Source: Pelagomonas calceolata (lineage: Eukaryota). From it: 64,000 nucleotides of DNA. The notes below the pieces were generated by a model. That model saw nothing but the letters and a program-made list of their open reading frames with translations, was not told the DNA's origin and did not search any database. Below, piece after piece: positions 35,860-46,956 of this stretch; the stretch's first letter is position 1; each line of letters opens with the position of its first letter. Both the position numbers and the translations under genes were made by a program. The stretch is from assembly GCA_918797485.1 (NCBI GenBank), contig CAKKNE010000007.1, forward strand, positions 1 to 64,000. Reading direction: 5' to 3'.

Positions 35860-35893
35860 AAAATATAGGTGCTCATGTTAGTGCCTATATTTT
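35860..35893 (+). terminator. Stem-loop after psaJ
   Basis: AAAATATAGGTGCT-CATGTT-AGTGCCTATATTTT with two G-U pairs. Confidence 0.7.
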
Positions 35894-36013
35894 AACATAT
35901 TATACATAACTTATGGACTTTGGTTTGATTTTTTTCTATTCTTGTTATACCAATTGTGCAATTTTTAAGGCAATTGTGTAGAGTTTAACGTTAATTATTA
36001 ATTTCTCGATAAC

Positions 36014-36649
36014 ATGCCGTTAGGAATTTTAGGTAATAAAATTGGTATGACCCAAATCGTTGACGAATTGGGAAATTTAGTACCAGTTACTATTTTACGC
36101 GCCGGACCTTGCACTGTGACTCAGATAAAAACCGCAGAAACAGATGGCTACAATGCTGTGCAACTTGGATATGCGCAAGTTTCTTCTAAAATTTTAAATA
36201 AACCACAAATTGGTCATTTAGAGAAAGTTGGCGTCCCACTTTTGCGTTATTTGCATGAGTATAAAGTTAGCGATACAAATGAGTTAACTCTCGGACAAAA
36301 TTTAGGAGTTGATATTTTTGAGGCCGGGAACCTTGTCGATGTAACTGGAAAAAGTATCGGTAAAGGTTTTGCAGGTTTGCAAAAACGTCATAATTTTGGT
36401 CGTGGTCCTATGACACATGGTTCAAAAAACCACCGTGCCCCTGGTTCTATTGGAGCTGGTACAACGCCAGGTCGTGTATATCCAGGTAAAAAAATGGCCG
36501 GTCAATTAGGTGCGAAGCAGGTCACAATTAAAAAACTAAAAGTGTTGATTGTTGATGCTGAAAACAATTTAATTATTGTAAAAGGAGCTGTTCCAGGAAA
36601 ACCTGGAAATTTAATTAGTATCCAACCTTACACGTTTAATACGAAATAG
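36014..36649 (+). CDS. rpl3: Ribosomal protein L3
   Basis: KIGMTQ, GKGFAG, HGSKNHR.PGSIG. Confidence 0.98.
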   Translation: MPLGILGNKIGMTQIVDELGNLVPVTILRAGPCTVTQIKTAETDGYNAVQLGYAQVSSKILNKPQIGHLEKVGVPLLRYLHEYKVSDTNELTLGQNLGVDIFEAGNLVDVTGKSIGKGFAGLQKRHNFGRGPMTHGSKNHRAPGSIGAGTTPGRVYPGKKMAGQLGAKQVTIKKLKVLIVDAENNLIIVKGAVPGKPGNLISIQPYTFNTK

Positions 36650-36658
36650 TTTAATTTT

Positions 36659-37033
36659 ATGGTTCAGAAATCTAAAAAAATATCCAGTGTAAGCTTATTT
36701 TCAAGTACTAGTGATAATTTGGATACGGTTACATCATCTCTTCACCAAGGTGTTTTAATTGACGAGATTAAACAAATTGCAACAACGAAAAAAGCTTTAT
36801 GGTCTTTAGAAGACAAAAAGTATACTTTTCTTGCTTCACCTTTTGTTACAAAAGAATGGATGAAGCGAGCAATTGAGAGCTGTTACAATGTTCGTGTCAT
36901 TAAAATCAATACCTCTAATTTACCTACAAAGAAAAAACGTGTTGGTAAATTTATTGGTTCTAAAGCCAAATTAAAGAAAGTTATTGTTACACTGGATCCA
37001 AATGATGAGATTCCATTATTCTCGGATATTTAG
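36659..37033 (+). CDS. rpl23: Ribosomal protein L23, divergent, with N-terminal extension
   Basis: KYTF...K.AIE..YNV.V.KINT...KKVIVTL; lies between rpl3 and rpl2. Confidence 0.9.
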   Translation: MVQKSKKISSVSLFSSTSDNLDTVTSSLHQGVLIDEIKQIATTKKALWSLEDKKYTFLASPFVTKEWMKRAIESCYNVRVIKINTSNLPTKKKRVGKFIGSKAKLKKVIVTLDPNDEIPLFSDI

Positions 37034-37057
37034 TTTTATGCATCTTTAATAATTTTT

Positions 37058-37888
37058 ATGGTTATCAAATTATATAAACCAATGACACCGGGTACACGTA
37101 CACGGACGATCATAGATTACAGTGATTTATCAAAAGTAAAACCCGAAAAATCACTATTACGACCGAAACCAAAAAATGCCGGTCGAAATAATAGGGGTGT
37201 AATTACAGTTCGCCATCGTGGTGGTGGACACAAGCAAAAATATCGTAAAATTGATTTTCTTCGTAATAAATTCAATGTCGCTGGTAAAGTAGCTACAATT
37301 GAATATGATCCAAATCGCAATACGAAAATCGCTTTGATTCATTATTCTGATGGTGATAAACGATATATATTATGTCCTGAAGGATTACAGATAGGGGCAG
37401 AAGTCATGTCTGGTCCTGTAGATGTTCCAATTCAAGTTGGGAACGCATTACCATTGTCAATGATTCCACTTGCTACAGAAATTCATAATATTGAATTAAA
37501 TATTTTCCAAGGGGGGAAAATTGTTAGAGCCGCGGGAGCATATGCTACTCTTCTTGCGAAAGTAGGTGATTATGTAACTTTACGTCTACCATCAAAAGAA
37601 GTTCGTTTAGTTCACAAAAATTGTTATGCTACAATTGGTCGTTTATCTAATGCGGATGCGTATGGTGTTCGTTTAGGAAAAGCAGGACGAACTCGTTGGA
37701 TGGGTCGTCGTCCAGTTGTACGTGGTGTTGTTATGAACCCTTGTGATCATCCACATGGTGGTGGTGAGGGACGTTCTCCTATTGGACGAACAAAACCGGT
37801 CACTCCGTGGGGTAAACCAGCGTTAGGCATAAAAACTCGAGCTAAATGTAAGTATAGTGACGTGTTAATTATTCGACGTAAAAAATAA
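37058..37888 (+). CDS. rpl2: Ribosomal protein L2
   Basis: [25 protein letters not shown]. Confidence 0.99.
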   Translation: MVIKLYKPMTPGTRTRTIIDYSDLSKVKPEKSLLRPKPKNAGRNNRGVITVRHRGGGHKQKYRKIDFLRNKFNVAGKVATIEYDPNRNTKIALIHYSDGDKRYILCPEGLQIGAEVMSGPVDVPIQVGNALPLSMIPLATEIHNIELNIFQGGKIVRAAGAYATLLAKVGDYVTLRLPSKEVRLVHKNCYATIGRLSNADAYGVRLGKAGRTRWMGRRPVVRGVVMNPCDHPHGGGEGRSPIGRTKPVTPWGKPALGIKTRAKCKYSDVLIIRRKK

Positions 37889-37897
37889 AAATCAGTA

Positions 37898-38176
37898 ATG
37901 GGAAGATCTATAAAAAAAGGGCCTTTTGTTGCTTATCATTTGTTAAAAAAGGTTGAAGTTTTAAACGAAAAAGGAACTTCAGAAGTTATTAAAACATGGT
38001 CGCGGGCGTCTACTATTATGCCGTCTATGATCGGGCACACAATCGCTGTTTATAATGGTCGTATTCATGTTCCTGTTCTTATTACGGAACAACTAATAGG
38101 TCATAAACTAGGTGAATTCGCCCCAACTCGAACATTTCGTTCACACATAAAAGCAGATAAAAATGCTCGAAGATAA
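37898..38176 (+). CDS. rps19: Ribosomal protein S19
   Basis: [18 protein letters not shown]. Confidence 0.98.
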   Translation: MGRSIKKGPFVAYHLLKKVEVLNEKGTSEVIKTWSRASTIMPSMIGHTIAVYNGRIHVPVLITEQLIGHKLGEFAPTRTFRSHIKADKNARR

Positions 38177-38203
38177 TTTTTACATTTTAAAAGAAGTTTG
38201 TTC

Positions 38204-38554
38204 ATGGCTATTGAAGAAGTAATTTCGGCTCAAGCCGTTGCAAGATATATCCGTATGTCACCTACCAAGGTGCGTCGTGTTTTAAATCAAATACGTGGTT
38301 GTACGTATGAAGAAGCATTAATTATATTAGAATTTTTACCTTACCGTGCTTGTGAACCGGTTTGGCAAGTTGTTCAATCAGCAGCAGCAAATGTTCAGTC
38401 TAAGCATGGATTAACTAAAAAAGATTTAACGATTCGCGAAGTTTTTGTGAGCCCTGGTCCAGTTTTAAAACGTTTTAGACCACGTGCTCAAGGTCGAGCA
38501 TTTGCAATTCGTAAACCAACATGTCATATCACGGCAGTGGTTGGTGTTAAATAA
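38204..38554 (+). CDS. rpl22: Ribosomal protein L22
   Basis: [21 protein letters not shown] at 38204. Confidence 0.97.
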   Translation: MAIEEVISAQAVARYIRMSPTKVRRVLNQIRGCTYEEALIILEFLPYRACEPVWQVVQSAAANVQSKHGLTKKDLTIREVFVSPGPVLKRFRPRAQGRAFAIRKPTCHITAVVGVK

Positions 38555-38575
38555 TAAAATTTAAGAAAAAAAATT

Positions 38576-39220
38576 GTGGGTCAAAAAGTACATCCATTAG
38601 GATTTCGATTAAATACGACACAAAAACATAAGTCAATTTGGTTTGCTCAGCTAAATCAATATTCGGCTTTATTAGAACAAGATGAAATAATTAGAAACTA
38701 CATTAAAACTAATTATGATTCGGCTGGTATTGCAGATATTGAAATTGAGCGAACATATAAGTTAAATAATATTTTCTTAAAAATTTATGTCGCTAAACCA
38801 GGCCTTATTATCACGGAATCTGGTTCTGGTTTAATTGATTTAACTAAAAAATTAAAGGCTTTATTACCGCGAGTTAATAAAATTAGTATCGACGTTTTTG
38901 AAATTATGGAACCGGATACACATGCCATTTTATTAGCTCAATTTATTGCAAATCAATTAGTTCGCCGAGTAGCATTTAAACGTGCAGTTCGAAAAGCAAT
39001 TGAACGTGCGCAAGCTAATGATGAGATTCAAGGAATCAAAGTTCAAGTTGGTGGACGTTTGAATGGCGCGGAAATCGCACGAACAGAATGGGTAAAAGAA
39101 GGACGAATGCCTTTACAAACCTTACGAGCGAAAATTGATTACGCTACAGCATCCGCTAAAACCATTTATGGTATTTTAGGAGTTAAGGTGTGGTTATTTA
39201 AAGGTGAAGCGATGTCTTAA
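38576..39220 (+). CDS. rps3: Ribosomal protein S3 (GTG start)
   Basis: GQKVHPLGFR, GRLNGAEIAR. Confidence 0.98.
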   Translation: MGQKVHPLGFRLNTTQKHKSIWFAQLNQYSALLEQDEIIRNYIKTNYDSAGIADIEIERTYKLNNIFLKIYVAKPGLIITESGSGLIDLTKKLKALLPRVNKISIDVFEIMEPDTHAILLAQFIANQLVRRVAFKRAVRKAIERAQANDEIQGIKVQVGGRLNGAEIARTEWVKEGRMPLQTLRAKIDYATASAKTIYGILGVKVWLFKGEAMS

Positions 39221-39255
39221 TTATAAAAATTTAAAATTGATTATTCAATATACGT

Positions 39256-39666
39256 ATGCTTAGTCCAAAAAGAACGAAGTTTAGAAAACAACAACGAGGC
39301 AGAATGAAAGGCCGCGCGATGCGTAATAATAAAGTCGCATTCGGTGAATACGGGCTTCAAGTTCAAGAATGTGGTTGGTTAACTTCACGTCAACTAGAAG
39401 CAACACGTCGTACTATGACTCGTTATACTAAGCGTGGCGGAAAAATTTGGATTAAAATTTTTCCAGATAAATCAATCACGGCGCGTGCCGCAGAATCTCG
39501 TATGGGATCTGGTAAAGGTGCACCCGAGTATTGGGTCGCGGTTGTTAAACCCGGTAACGTAATTTTTGAAATTTCAGGGGTTAAACCTGAAGTAGCACGT
39601 CAAGCCATGAATTTAGCGGCTTATAAGTTACCGTTAAAAACGAAATTTATTTCAAAAGTCAACTAA
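39256..39666 (+). CDS. rpl16: Ribosomal protein L16
   Basis: [18 protein letters not shown]. Confidence 0.99.
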   Translation: MLSPKRTKFRKQQRGRMKGRAMRNNKVAFGEYGLQVQECGWLTSRQLEATRRTMTRYTKRGGKIWIKIFPDKSITARAAESRMGSGKGAPEYWVAVVKPGNVIFEISGVKPEVARQAMNLAAYKLPLKTKFISKVN

Positions 39667-39676
39667 AAAATTCAGT

Positions 39677-39913
39677 ATGGTTCTTAAACAAAAAATAGGA
39701 ATTGTTGTTAGCGATAAGATGAATAAAAGCATCGTCGTAGCAATTGACACAAGATATAAACATAATTTGTATGGAAAAATTATGGCGAAAACAAAACGTT
39801 ATCTTGTTCATGATCCAGAAAATAGTTGTAGCATTGGTGATACTGTTTTAGTTGAGGAGCATCCCCCAATAAGTGCTAAGAAGCGCTGGATTTTTAAAAC
39901 ATTATTAAAGTAA
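39677..39913 (+). CDS. rps17: Ribosomal protein S17
   Basis: [14 protein letters not shown]...GD.V. Confidence 0.97.
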   Translation: MVLKQKIGIVVSDKMNKSIVVAIDTRYKHNLYGKIMAKTKRYLVHDPENSCSIGDTVLVEEHPPISAKKRWIFKTLLK

Positions 39914-39921
39914 TATTATTC

Positions 39922-40287
39922 ATGATACAACCTCAAACTCAGTTAACAATTGCTGACAATACTGGAGCGCGTAAAATTATGTGTATTCGAGTGCTTGGTG
40001 GTAATAAAAATTATGCAAGTGTTGGAGATATCATCATTGGTGTTGTAAAAGAATCTGCACCACGTATGCCAGTTAAACGTTCAGACATTGTTAGAGCTGT
40101 TGTTGTTCGTACACGAAAAACAATTTCTCGTAAAAACGGAACTTGTATTTGTTTCGATGACAATGCAGCAGTTTTAATTAATGCACAGAATAATCCAAGA
40201 GGCACACGTGTCTTTGGTCCAATTGCTCGTGAAATTAGGGATAGAAATTTTACACGAGTCGTTTCTTTAGCACCTGAAGTTTTATAG
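39922..40287 (+). CDS. rpl14: Ribosomal protein L14
   Basis: [20 protein letters not shown]. Confidence 0.99.
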   Translation: MIQPQTQLTIADNTGARKIMCIRVLGGNKNYASVGDIIIGVVKESAPRMPVKRSDIVRAVVVRTRKTISRKNGTCICFDDNAAVLINAQNNPRGTRVFGPIAREIRDRNFTRVVSLAPEVL

Positions 40288-40304
40288 TTTTAAGTGTATC
40301 TAAT

Positions 40305-40604
40305 ATGAGATTAAAAATAGGTGATAACGTAAAAGTTATCTCAGGAAATGATAAGGGGAAGTTTGGTAAGATAACAAATTTGATGAAACCGTTTGTAACG
40401 GTTGAAGGAATAAATATTCGAACGAAACACGTCAAACCCGCAACTAGGGAAAAATCCGGCGAAATTGTTCAACAAGAAGCACCAATAAATATTTCAAATG
40501 TTATGGTGTGTGATTCGGAAAATGTTGCAAGTCGTCTTCGTGTTGTAAAAACAGGAAAAGCTAAAGAACGATTTTCGAAAAAAACAGGAAAAAAAATAGA
40601 TTAA
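40305..40604 (+). CDS. rpl24: Ribosomal protein L24
   Basis: KOW motif GDNVKVISGNDKGK.G, EAPI.ISNV. Confidence 0.96.
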   Translation: MRLKIGDNVKVISGNDKGKFGKITNLMKPFVTVEGINIRTKHVKPATREKSGEIVQQEAPINISNVMVCDSENVASRLRVVKTGKAKERFSKKTGKKID

Positions 40605-40608
40605 GTTA

Positions 40609-41157
40609 ATGGTAACAAAACTTAGAACTGACTATAAAGAAAAGATTATCAATTCTTTGTATAAGTCTTTAAATTGTACAAATATTCACCAAGTCCCGAA
40701 ATTAATTAAAATTAAAGTCAATCGCGGTTTAGGATTAGCAGCACAAAATACTGCGGTACTAAATAAAACGATTAATGAATTTCGCGTGATTACGGGGCAA
40801 CAACCAGTTGTAACAGTAGCTCGAAATTCTGTTGCGACTTTTAAAATTCGTGAAGAAATGCCATTAGGTGTAACGGTTACGTTACGCGGTGATAAAATGT
40901 ATTCATTTTTGGATCGTTTTATCAATATTGCTCTTCCTCGTTCGCGTGATTTTCAAGGATTAAATCCACAAGGTTTTGATAAATTTGGAAATTACACCGT
41001 AGGATTAACAGAACAGCTTCTTTTCCCAGAAATAAATTATGATTCTGTTGATCAAGCACGTGGTTTTAACATTACTTTTGTTACAAACGCAAAAACGCGT
41101 GAAGCAGGTGCAATGTTATTACGCGAATTTGGGTTGCCAATTCGAGAAAAAATTTAA
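40609..41157 (+). CDS. rpl5: Ribosomal protein L5
   Basis: [20 protein letters not shown]. Confidence 0.98.
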   Translation: MVTKLRTDYKEKIINSLYKSLNCTNIHQVPKLIKIKVNRGLGLAAQNTAVLNKTINEFRVITGQQPVVTVARNSVATFKIREEMPLGVTVTLRGDKMYSFLDRFINIALPRSRDFQGLNPQGFDKFGNYTVGLTEQLLFPEINYDSVDQARGFNITFVTNAKTREAGAMLLREFGLPIREKI

Positions 41158-41176
41158 GGTAAGTAAATCTGTATTT

Positions 41177-41581
41177 ATGGTTAATGATGTTATTTCGGAT
41201 ATGCTAACTCGCATTCGTAATGCTAGTAAGGTTAAACACCATTTAGTTCAGGTACCCTTTACAAAAATGACGTTAGCAATAGCACAGGTTTTAAAAGAGG
41301 AGAACTTTATCGAAGATTTTCAAGAATTTTCACAAAGTGGAAGAAAATTCTTATTAATTTTATTGAAATATAAAGGTAAAGGTCGTAATCAAGAACCCGC
41401 TATTATGACTTTGAAAAGGATAAGTAAACCTGGTCTACGCGTATACGCCAATGTTAAAGAGTTACCAGTAGTATTAGGTAATTTTGGTGTTGCTTTAATG
41501 TCAACCTCAAAGGGTGTTATGACAAATTTCAAAGCTGCTAAATTAGGCATTGGTGGCGAAGTTTTATGTTATATTTGGTAA
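41177..41581 (+). CDS. rps8: Ribosomal protein S8
   Basis: [32 protein letters not shown]; true start inside the ORF-track ORF. Confidence 0.97.
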   Translation: MVNDVISDMLTRIRNASKVKHHLVQVPFTKMTLAIAQVLKEENFIEDFQEFSQSGRKFLLILLKYKGKGRNQEPAIMTLKRISKPGLRVYANVKELPVVLGNFGVALMSTSKGVMTNFKAAKLGIGGEVLCYIW

Positions 41582-41604
41582 TCATATTATAAAAGTATCA
41601 CGTT

Positions 41605-42144
41605 ATGTCACGTATCGGAAAACTTCCAATTACACTGCCTAAAGGGGTAACTCTTGCGGTTGATGATAATTTGGTTTCTATAAAAGGTCCACTTGGTGAA
41701 TTAAATCGTCAAATAACGCCTGAAGTCCATGTTGATATCAAAGAAGACCAAGTTTTTGTTTTAGTTAATGATGATTCAAAAAGGACTCGTGCATTACACG
41801 GTTTGACACGAACATTATTAAATAATATGGTTCTTGGAGTTCACAAAAAGTTTGAAATTGATTTAGAACTAAAAGGTGTTGGATACCGCTGTCAGGCGGC
41901 AAAAGATAAAGTTACTTTAAGTTTAGGTTTTAGCCATCCTATTATTCTCCCATTACCAAAAGATGTGGAAGTTACTGTGGAAGCTAATACAAACATAAAA
42001 GTAGCTGGTATTAATAAAGAAGAAGTTGGATTTATAGCATCCAAAATTCGTTCATTTAGACCACCAGAACCATATAATGGCAAAGGGGTCTTATATAAAG
42101 GAGAACAAGTTCTTCGAAAAGCTGGTAAAACCGGCAAAAAATAA
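41605..42144 (+). CDS. rpl6: Ribosomal protein L6
   Basis: MSRIGK, GVGYR, PPEPYNGKG. Confidence 0.98.
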   Translation: MSRIGKLPITLPKGVTLAVDDNLVSIKGPLGELNRQITPEVHVDIKEDQVFVLVNDDSKRTRALHGLTRTLLNNMVLGVHKKFEIDLELKGVGYRCQAAKDKVTLSLGFSHPIILPLPKDVEVTVEANTNIKVAGINKEEVGFIASKIRSFRPPEPYNGKGVLYKGEQVLRKAGKTGKK

Positions 42145-42171
42145 TATTTGGTTCATTTGTAATAGATTTTT

Positions 42172-42651
42172 ATGGTTCAGGAAAGAAATACAAATCGTAA
42201 TAATAACCGCAATAACACAAATTGGGTACGTAAGGTCGTTAAAGTCCGCCGTATTACAAAAGTTGTAAAAGGTGGTAAAAAATTACGTTTCGGAGCCCTT
42301 GTAATAATTGGGAATGAAAAAGGTTTAGTTGGTGTAGGTGTTGGAAAAGCAGATGATGTTGTAGAAGCTGTTAAAAAAGCAGCAAATGATGGTCGTCGTA
42401 ATATTATTATGGTTCCATTAACAAAAACATTTAGTATCCCACATGTCTCAACTGGACAATATGGAGCGTCTAATGTGTTGCTTAAGCCTGCAAGTGCTGG
42501 ATCTGGGGTAATCGCTGGTGGATCCGTTCGAACATTGCTAGAAGCCGCTGGTGTGCAAAATATTATGGCGAAACAATTAGGATCAAATAATCTTCTAAAT
42601 AATGCACGAGCAACAATTTGTGCTTTAGAAGCTTTGAAAACAGCAAAATAA
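42172..42651 (+). CDS. rps5: Ribosomal protein S5
   Basis: [15 protein letters not shown]. Confidence 0.98.
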   Translation: MVQERNTNRNNNRNNTNWVRKVVKVRRITKVVKGGKKLRFGALVIIGNEKGLVGVGVGKADDVVEAVKKAANDGRRNIIMVPLTKTFSIPHVSTGQYGASNVLLKPASAGSGVIAGGSVRTLLEAAGVQNIMAKQLGSNNLLNNARATICALEALKTAK

Positions 42652-42688
42652 TTTTTTCAAAGTGGTTATTTAGTTAAGTTAAAAATTT

Positions 42689-43921
42689 ATGGGACTAAAC
42701 TTTTTAGGTGACAAGTCCCCTAGTAGGGACAATTTAGTAAATAGAATTCTTTTAACATTAGGGATTATTCTATTTGCTCGATTGGGTACATTTATACCGC
42801 TTACCGGGATTGATCAAAAATATTTATATACGGAATTGCAAAATAGTCCGATACTCAACTTTTTTAGTTCTTTTTCACAAGGTGATTTTTTTGTGTTAGG
42901 ACCATTTACATTGGGTATTTTACCAAATATCAATGCATCGATATCAATGCAGTTGTTAACCGCTGTTTTGCCATTCTTACAAAAATTGCAAAAAGAAGAA
43001 GGGGTTGCTGGACAAAAAAAGGTCACACAATATACACGTTATTTAACGGTTGTTATTGCTTTTATTTACGGATGCTTGATTGCTTTTTTCTTAAAACCAT
43101 TTGTTTTTGGATGGAATTTAGTTCGTGCAGTAGAAATTGCACTAACTTTAACAACCGGTTCAATAATAATTTTGTGGTTAAGTGAATTAATTACAGAAAA
43201 AGGTATTGGTAATGGAACATCATTATTTATTTTTGTAAATATTAGTTCGGCATTACCAAAGACATTAAATAATTTTGCTGTCCTTGTTCCAACATTGCCA
43301 TTAAAATTAGGTATTGGTTTTATTTTCGCTATAGGTTTATTAAGTATTGTTGTCGTCCAGGGAGCCCTACGTAAGATTGATTTACTTTCAGTGAAATCTT
43401 TATTAAGAGAATCATCAAATAGTCAAAGTAGTTATTTGCCTTTTAGATTAAATCCAAGCGGTATTATGCCATTGATTTTTTCTTCGGGCTTATTAAATGT
43501 CTTAATAGTAGGAATAAATAAAATTAGTTTGTTACAGGGTTTAGCAAACTTTTCTAACCTAATTTACACAAGTGGGTATTTTATTTTAACACTTTTTTTT
43601 AGTTATTTTTATTCCACAATTGCGATTAAACCCAGTGATTTATCAGATAATTTAAAGAAGATGAATTTTACAATACCAGGTGTTCAGCCCGGATTGGCGA
43701 CAATGCGTTTTTTACAAGAAACGTTAACCCGCTTAGCTTTATTAGGCGGTTTGTTTTTAGCCGTTATTGTTACAATTCCAAGTCTTTTAGCGTTTGTAAA
43801 TCCTGCTATAAAAGGATTTGGTATAACTTCATTAATTATTCTGGTCGGGGTAGCTGTAGACTTAAGTCGACAAATACGATTCTACTTAATATCAGAGGTC
43901 TATGATAATATAAATTTATAG
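42689..43921 (+). CDS. secY: Protein translocase SecY
   Basis: LGILPNINASI, ITEKGIGNGTSL, IPGVQPG; about 10 hydrophobic segments. Confidence 0.96.
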   Translation: MGLNFLGDKSPSRDNLVNRILLTLGIILFARLGTFIPLTGIDQKYLYTELQNSPILNFFSSFSQGDFFVLGPFTLGILPNINASISMQLLTAVLPFLQKLQKEEGVAGQKKVTQYTRYLTVVIAFIYGCLIAFFLKPFVFGWNLVRAVEIALTLTTGSIIILWLSELITEKGIGNGTSLFIFVNISSALPKTLNNFAVLVPTLPLKLGIGFIFAIGLLSIVVVQGALRKIDLLSVKSLLRESSNSQSSYLPFRLNPSGIMPLIFSSGLLNVLIVGINKISLLQGLANFSNLIYTSGYFILTLFFSYFYSTIAIKPSDLSDNLKKMNFTIPGVQPGLATMRFLQETLTRLALLGGLFLAVIVTIPSLLAFVNPAIKGFGITSLIILVGVAVDLSRQIRFYLISEVYDNINL

Positions 43922-43992
43922 TAGCTCTAAATTACTACTGACAATTTCTGAAAAAATTAAGTTAATTGTCTATTTTTTATGTGTATAAAGTT

Positions 43993-44106
43993 ATGAAAGT
44001 TCGCCCATCTGTAAAAAAAATGTGCCCTAAATGTCGGGTTATTCGTCGTTTTGGGGTCATAAGAGTTATTTGCTCAAATCCAAAACATAAACAACGTCAG
44101 GGTTAA
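43993..44106 (+). CDS. rpl36: Ribosomal protein L36 (canonical Zn-ribbon type)
   Basis: Manual translation [37 protein letters not shown]. Confidence 0.97.
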   Translation: MKVRPSVKKMCPKCRVIRRFGVIRVICSNPKHKQRQG

Positions 44107-44130
44107 TCAATTAATTAATGGGAGAAAAGA

Positions 44131-44481
44131 GTGGTTCGTATTTCTGGTATTGATTTACCTAAATCAAAAAGAATCGAGTATGCACTTACAAGTGTATACG
44201 GAATTGGTTTAACCTCTTCACGTAATATCTTAATTACAGCTAATGTTGACCCCGATAAACGTACGAATGTACTTGGGGATACAGAAGTTATGGCAATACG
44301 TGAAGTAATCGAAGAAAATTACAAGGTTGAAGAGGATTTACGACGTCAAACGAAACAAAACATTGTTCGTTTATCACAAATTAATTGTGTAAAAGGAAGA
44401 CGTCATCGTCAAAATTTACCAGTTCGAGGACAAAGAACGCGTACGAATTCGCGAACTCGACGCGGTGCTCGTCTGATGTAA
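44131..44481 (+). CDS. rps13: Ribosomal protein S13 (GTG start)
   Basis: YGIG, LPVRGQRTRTN. Confidence 0.98.
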   Translation: MVRISGIDLPKSKRIEYALTSVYGIGLTSSRNILITANVDPDKRTNVLGDTEVMAIREVIEENYKVEEDLRRQTKQNIVRLSQINCVKGRRHRQNLPVRGQRTRTNSRTRRGARLM

Positions 44482-44511
44482 TTTCACCAAATTATCTATG
44501 AAATAATTAGT

Positions 44512-44901
44512 ATGGCAGTTAAGGTTAAACGATCAACAAAAAAACAAAAGAAAAATATTGTATCTGGTGTTGTTCATATAAATTCAACATTTAACAATAC
44601 AATTATTACAATAACCGATCTATCCGGCAATACGATTTCATGGTCTTCTGCTGGTAGTGTAGGTTTTAAAGGGGCCCGAAAAGGGACACCTTTCGCGGCT
44701 CAGACGGCTGCTGAAGCAGCTTCGGCGTCTGCAATGGAGAAAGGCTTACGTAAGGTCGAAGTTTTGATTCGAGGCCAAGGCTCAGGACGAGAAACATCCG
44801 TAAGAGCATTGGAAGTCCTAGGACTTGATATCGTTTCTGTAAAAGATATTACACCAATACCACATAATGGTTGCCGACCTCCAAAACGTCGACGCGTCTA
44901 A
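44512..44901 (+). CDS. rps11: Ribosomal protein S11
   Basis: [19 protein letters not shown]. Confidence 0.99.
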   Translation: MAVKVKRSTKKQKKNIVSGVVHINSTFNNTIITITDLSGNTISWSSAGSVGFKGARKGTPFAAQTAAEAASASAMEKGLRKVEVLIRGQGSGRETSVRALEVLGLDIVSVKDITPIPHNGCRPPKRRRV

Positions 44902-44918
44902 AAATTTGCTAAAAAAAG

Positions 44919-45836
44919 ATGCAACAATTTCAATTCGAGAAAGTTGAGTCATGTTCAAATGATCTTGGTGAGCAAACTAGCCGTTTTAGGCTGCAGGGGT
45001 TGGCACAAGGTCAAGGATTAACTATTGGTAATACATTACGTCGTGTGTTGCTTACCGAATTAGAAGGAACAGCCATTACAGCTGTTCAAATAAAAGGTAT
45101 TAACAACGAGTTTGCTACAATTCCAGGAGTGCGAGAAGATGTTTTAGAAATCTTATTAAATTTAAAACAAATAAAATTTCAAGGATTATTAGAAACGCCT
45201 TTTTTAACCTCGATTGTACTAAAAGGTCCCCAATTAGTTACAGCGGACCATATTGTATTACCCCCTACCCTTAATATACTTAATCCAAATCATTATATTG
45301 CAACTATCTCGGAACAAACGAATTTAGAATTAGAACTAAAAATTGAATCCGGAACTGGCTATCTAGTTCTTAATGACGATTCACAAAGTAATTCTAATGA
45401 TTTTTTAAATATTGATGTTCTTTTTACACCCGTAAAAAACGTTAATTACGAAATTCGAGATTCTTATAAAGTTGATGAAAAAATTACAGAAATTTTAGAT
45501 CTTGAAATCACGACAGATGGGAGTATCACACCTCTTGAAGCGTTAAATAAATCATCCCAAATTTTACAAGCATTGTTTGGTGGATTGATTATTGATGAAT
45601 CAAAAAATAACGTAAGTTCTGTTCCTACAATTGAAACGGAATTAGATATTTTAATTGAAGAATTGCAATTATCAGTACGCTCTTATAACTGTTTAAAAAG
45701 GGTAAACATTTTAACAATCGCAGATCTAGTTCAATACTCTGTTAAAGAATTAAAAGAAATCAAAAATTTCGGTCAAAAATCAGCGAATGAGGTAGTAAAA
45801 AAACTCCAAGATCGTTTTGACATAAGTTTAAGTTAA
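44919..45836 (+). CDS. rpoA: RNA polymerase alpha subunit
   Basis: TIGNTLRRVLL, GVREDV, LSVRSYNCLKR. Confidence 0.97.
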   Translation: MQQFQFEKVESCSNDLGEQTSRFRLQGLAQGQGLTIGNTLRRVLLTELEGTAITAVQIKGINNEFATIPGVREDVLEILLNLKQIKFQGLLETPFLTSIVLKGPQLVTADHIVLPPTLNILNPNHYIATISEQTNLELELKIESGTGYLVLNDDSQSNSNDFLNIDVLFTPVKNVNYEIRDSYKVDEKITEILDLEITTDGSITPLEALNKSSQILQALFGGLIIDESKNNVSSVPTIETELDILIEELQLSVRSYNCLKRVNILTIADLVQYSVKELKEIKNFGQKSANEVVKKLQDRFDISLS

Positions 45837-45848
45837 TCCCCTAATATA

Positions 45849-46271
45849 ATGAAAAATAGTTTAAATGCTAATCACAAAAAATGGTATGTGATTGATGCAA
45901 AAGGCAAAACTCTTGGTAAACTGGCGACTATTATTGCAACTATTTTGAATGGCAAACATAAATCAATTAATAATCCTTCTTTAGATTGTGGTGATTATGT
46001 AATTGTTATAAATAGTAAGGATATTAAAGTCACAGGTAAAAAGTCTGAACAAAAAATCTATCGTCGACATTCAGGACGACCTGGTGGATTAAAAATCGAG
46101 ACTTTTGAAAAACTCCAAGATCGTATTCCAGAAAGAATTTTAGAAAAAGCCGTAAAAGGTATGTTGCCAAAAGGACCTTTAGGACGCGATAAATTTAAGA
46201 ATTTAAAAGTTTATAAAGAGGATTCGCATCCACATGCGTCGCAAAATCCGGAGTTATTAGTCTACAAATAA
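45849..46271 (+). CDS. rpl13: Ribosomal protein L13
   Basis: WYVIDA, HSGRPGG, VKGMLP. Confidence 0.97.
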   Translation: MKNSLNANHKKWYVIDAKGKTLGKLATIIATILNGKHKSINNPSLDCGDYVIVINSKDIKVTGKKSEQKIYRRHSGRPGGLKIETFEKLQDRIPERILEKAVKGMLPKGPLGRDKFKNLKVYKEDSHPHASQNPELLVYK

Positions 46272-46275
46272 TTTT

Positions 46276-46695
46276 ATGGTTATAGAAAAAAGTAATCTTT
46301 TAGCATTAGCTATTGGACGGAGAAAAGAAGCCACGGCAATTGTTCAAATCTACCCGATTGGAGCTAATGAAAAATCCGAAATATTAATTAATAACTGTTT
46401 GGCTGAGGTTTTTTTACAATTTAATGCCGCATATTTAAACACGCTTAATCGTAGTTTAGCTTTATTAAATCTAGAAAACAATTACAGAATTATTGTTAAA
46501 ACTCGTGGCGGTGGTTTAACCGGTCAAACAGGGGCAATTCAATTAGGTTTAGCACGTGCTTTATGTAAAATTGATCCAAATTATCGTTCAACATTAAAAT
46601 TAGCGGGTTTATTAACTCGCGATTCAAGACAAGTTGAGCGTAAAAAATATGGTTTGAAAAAAGCTCGAAAAGCTTCACAATATTCAAAACGTTAA
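46276..46695 (+). CDS. rps9: Ribosomal protein S9
   Basis: GRRKEA, GGGLTGQ, ERKKYGLKKARK..QYSKR. Confidence 0.97.
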   Translation: MVIEKSNLLALAIGRRKEATAIVQIYPIGANEKSEILINNCLAEVFLQFNAAYLNTLNRSLALLNLENNYRIIVKTRGGGLTGQTGAIQLGLARALCKIDPNYRSTLKLAGLLTRDSRQVERKKYGLKKARKASQYSKR

Positions 46696-46726
46696 TACAT
46701 ATTCCATTAGTCATAAAATTAGTATT

Positions 46727-46939
46727 ATGCCAAAAAAAGATATCCACCCAGAGTGGTATGATAATACAGAAGTGTATTGTGACGGAAAATTAGTGTATAC
46801 AGTTAGTTCAACGAAAGAAAAACTAAATGTAGATATTTGGTCAGGTAATCATCCTTTTTATACGGGATCAAAAAAATTACTTGATACTGAAGGGCGTGTA
46901 GATCGGTTTATGAAAAAATATAATTTAGAAAAAAAATAA
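46727..46939 (+). CDS. rpl31: Ribosomal protein L31
   Basis: MPKKDIHP, DIWSGNHPFYTG. Confidence 0.97.
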   Translation: MPKKDIHPEWYDNTEVYCDGKLVYTVSSTKEKLNVDIWSGNHPFYTGSKKLLDTEGRVDRFMKKYNLEKK

Positions 46940-46956
46940 ATTAAAAAAATAATCTC

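Noticed and set aside
41039..41176. N-terminal extension of S8 overlapping rpl5
   Set aside because: Homology begins at MVND (41177); the upstream part is an incidental open frame
42184..42222. [13 protein letters not shown] low-complexity start of S5
   Set aside because: Not a nucleotide-level tandem repeat; variable N-terminal tail
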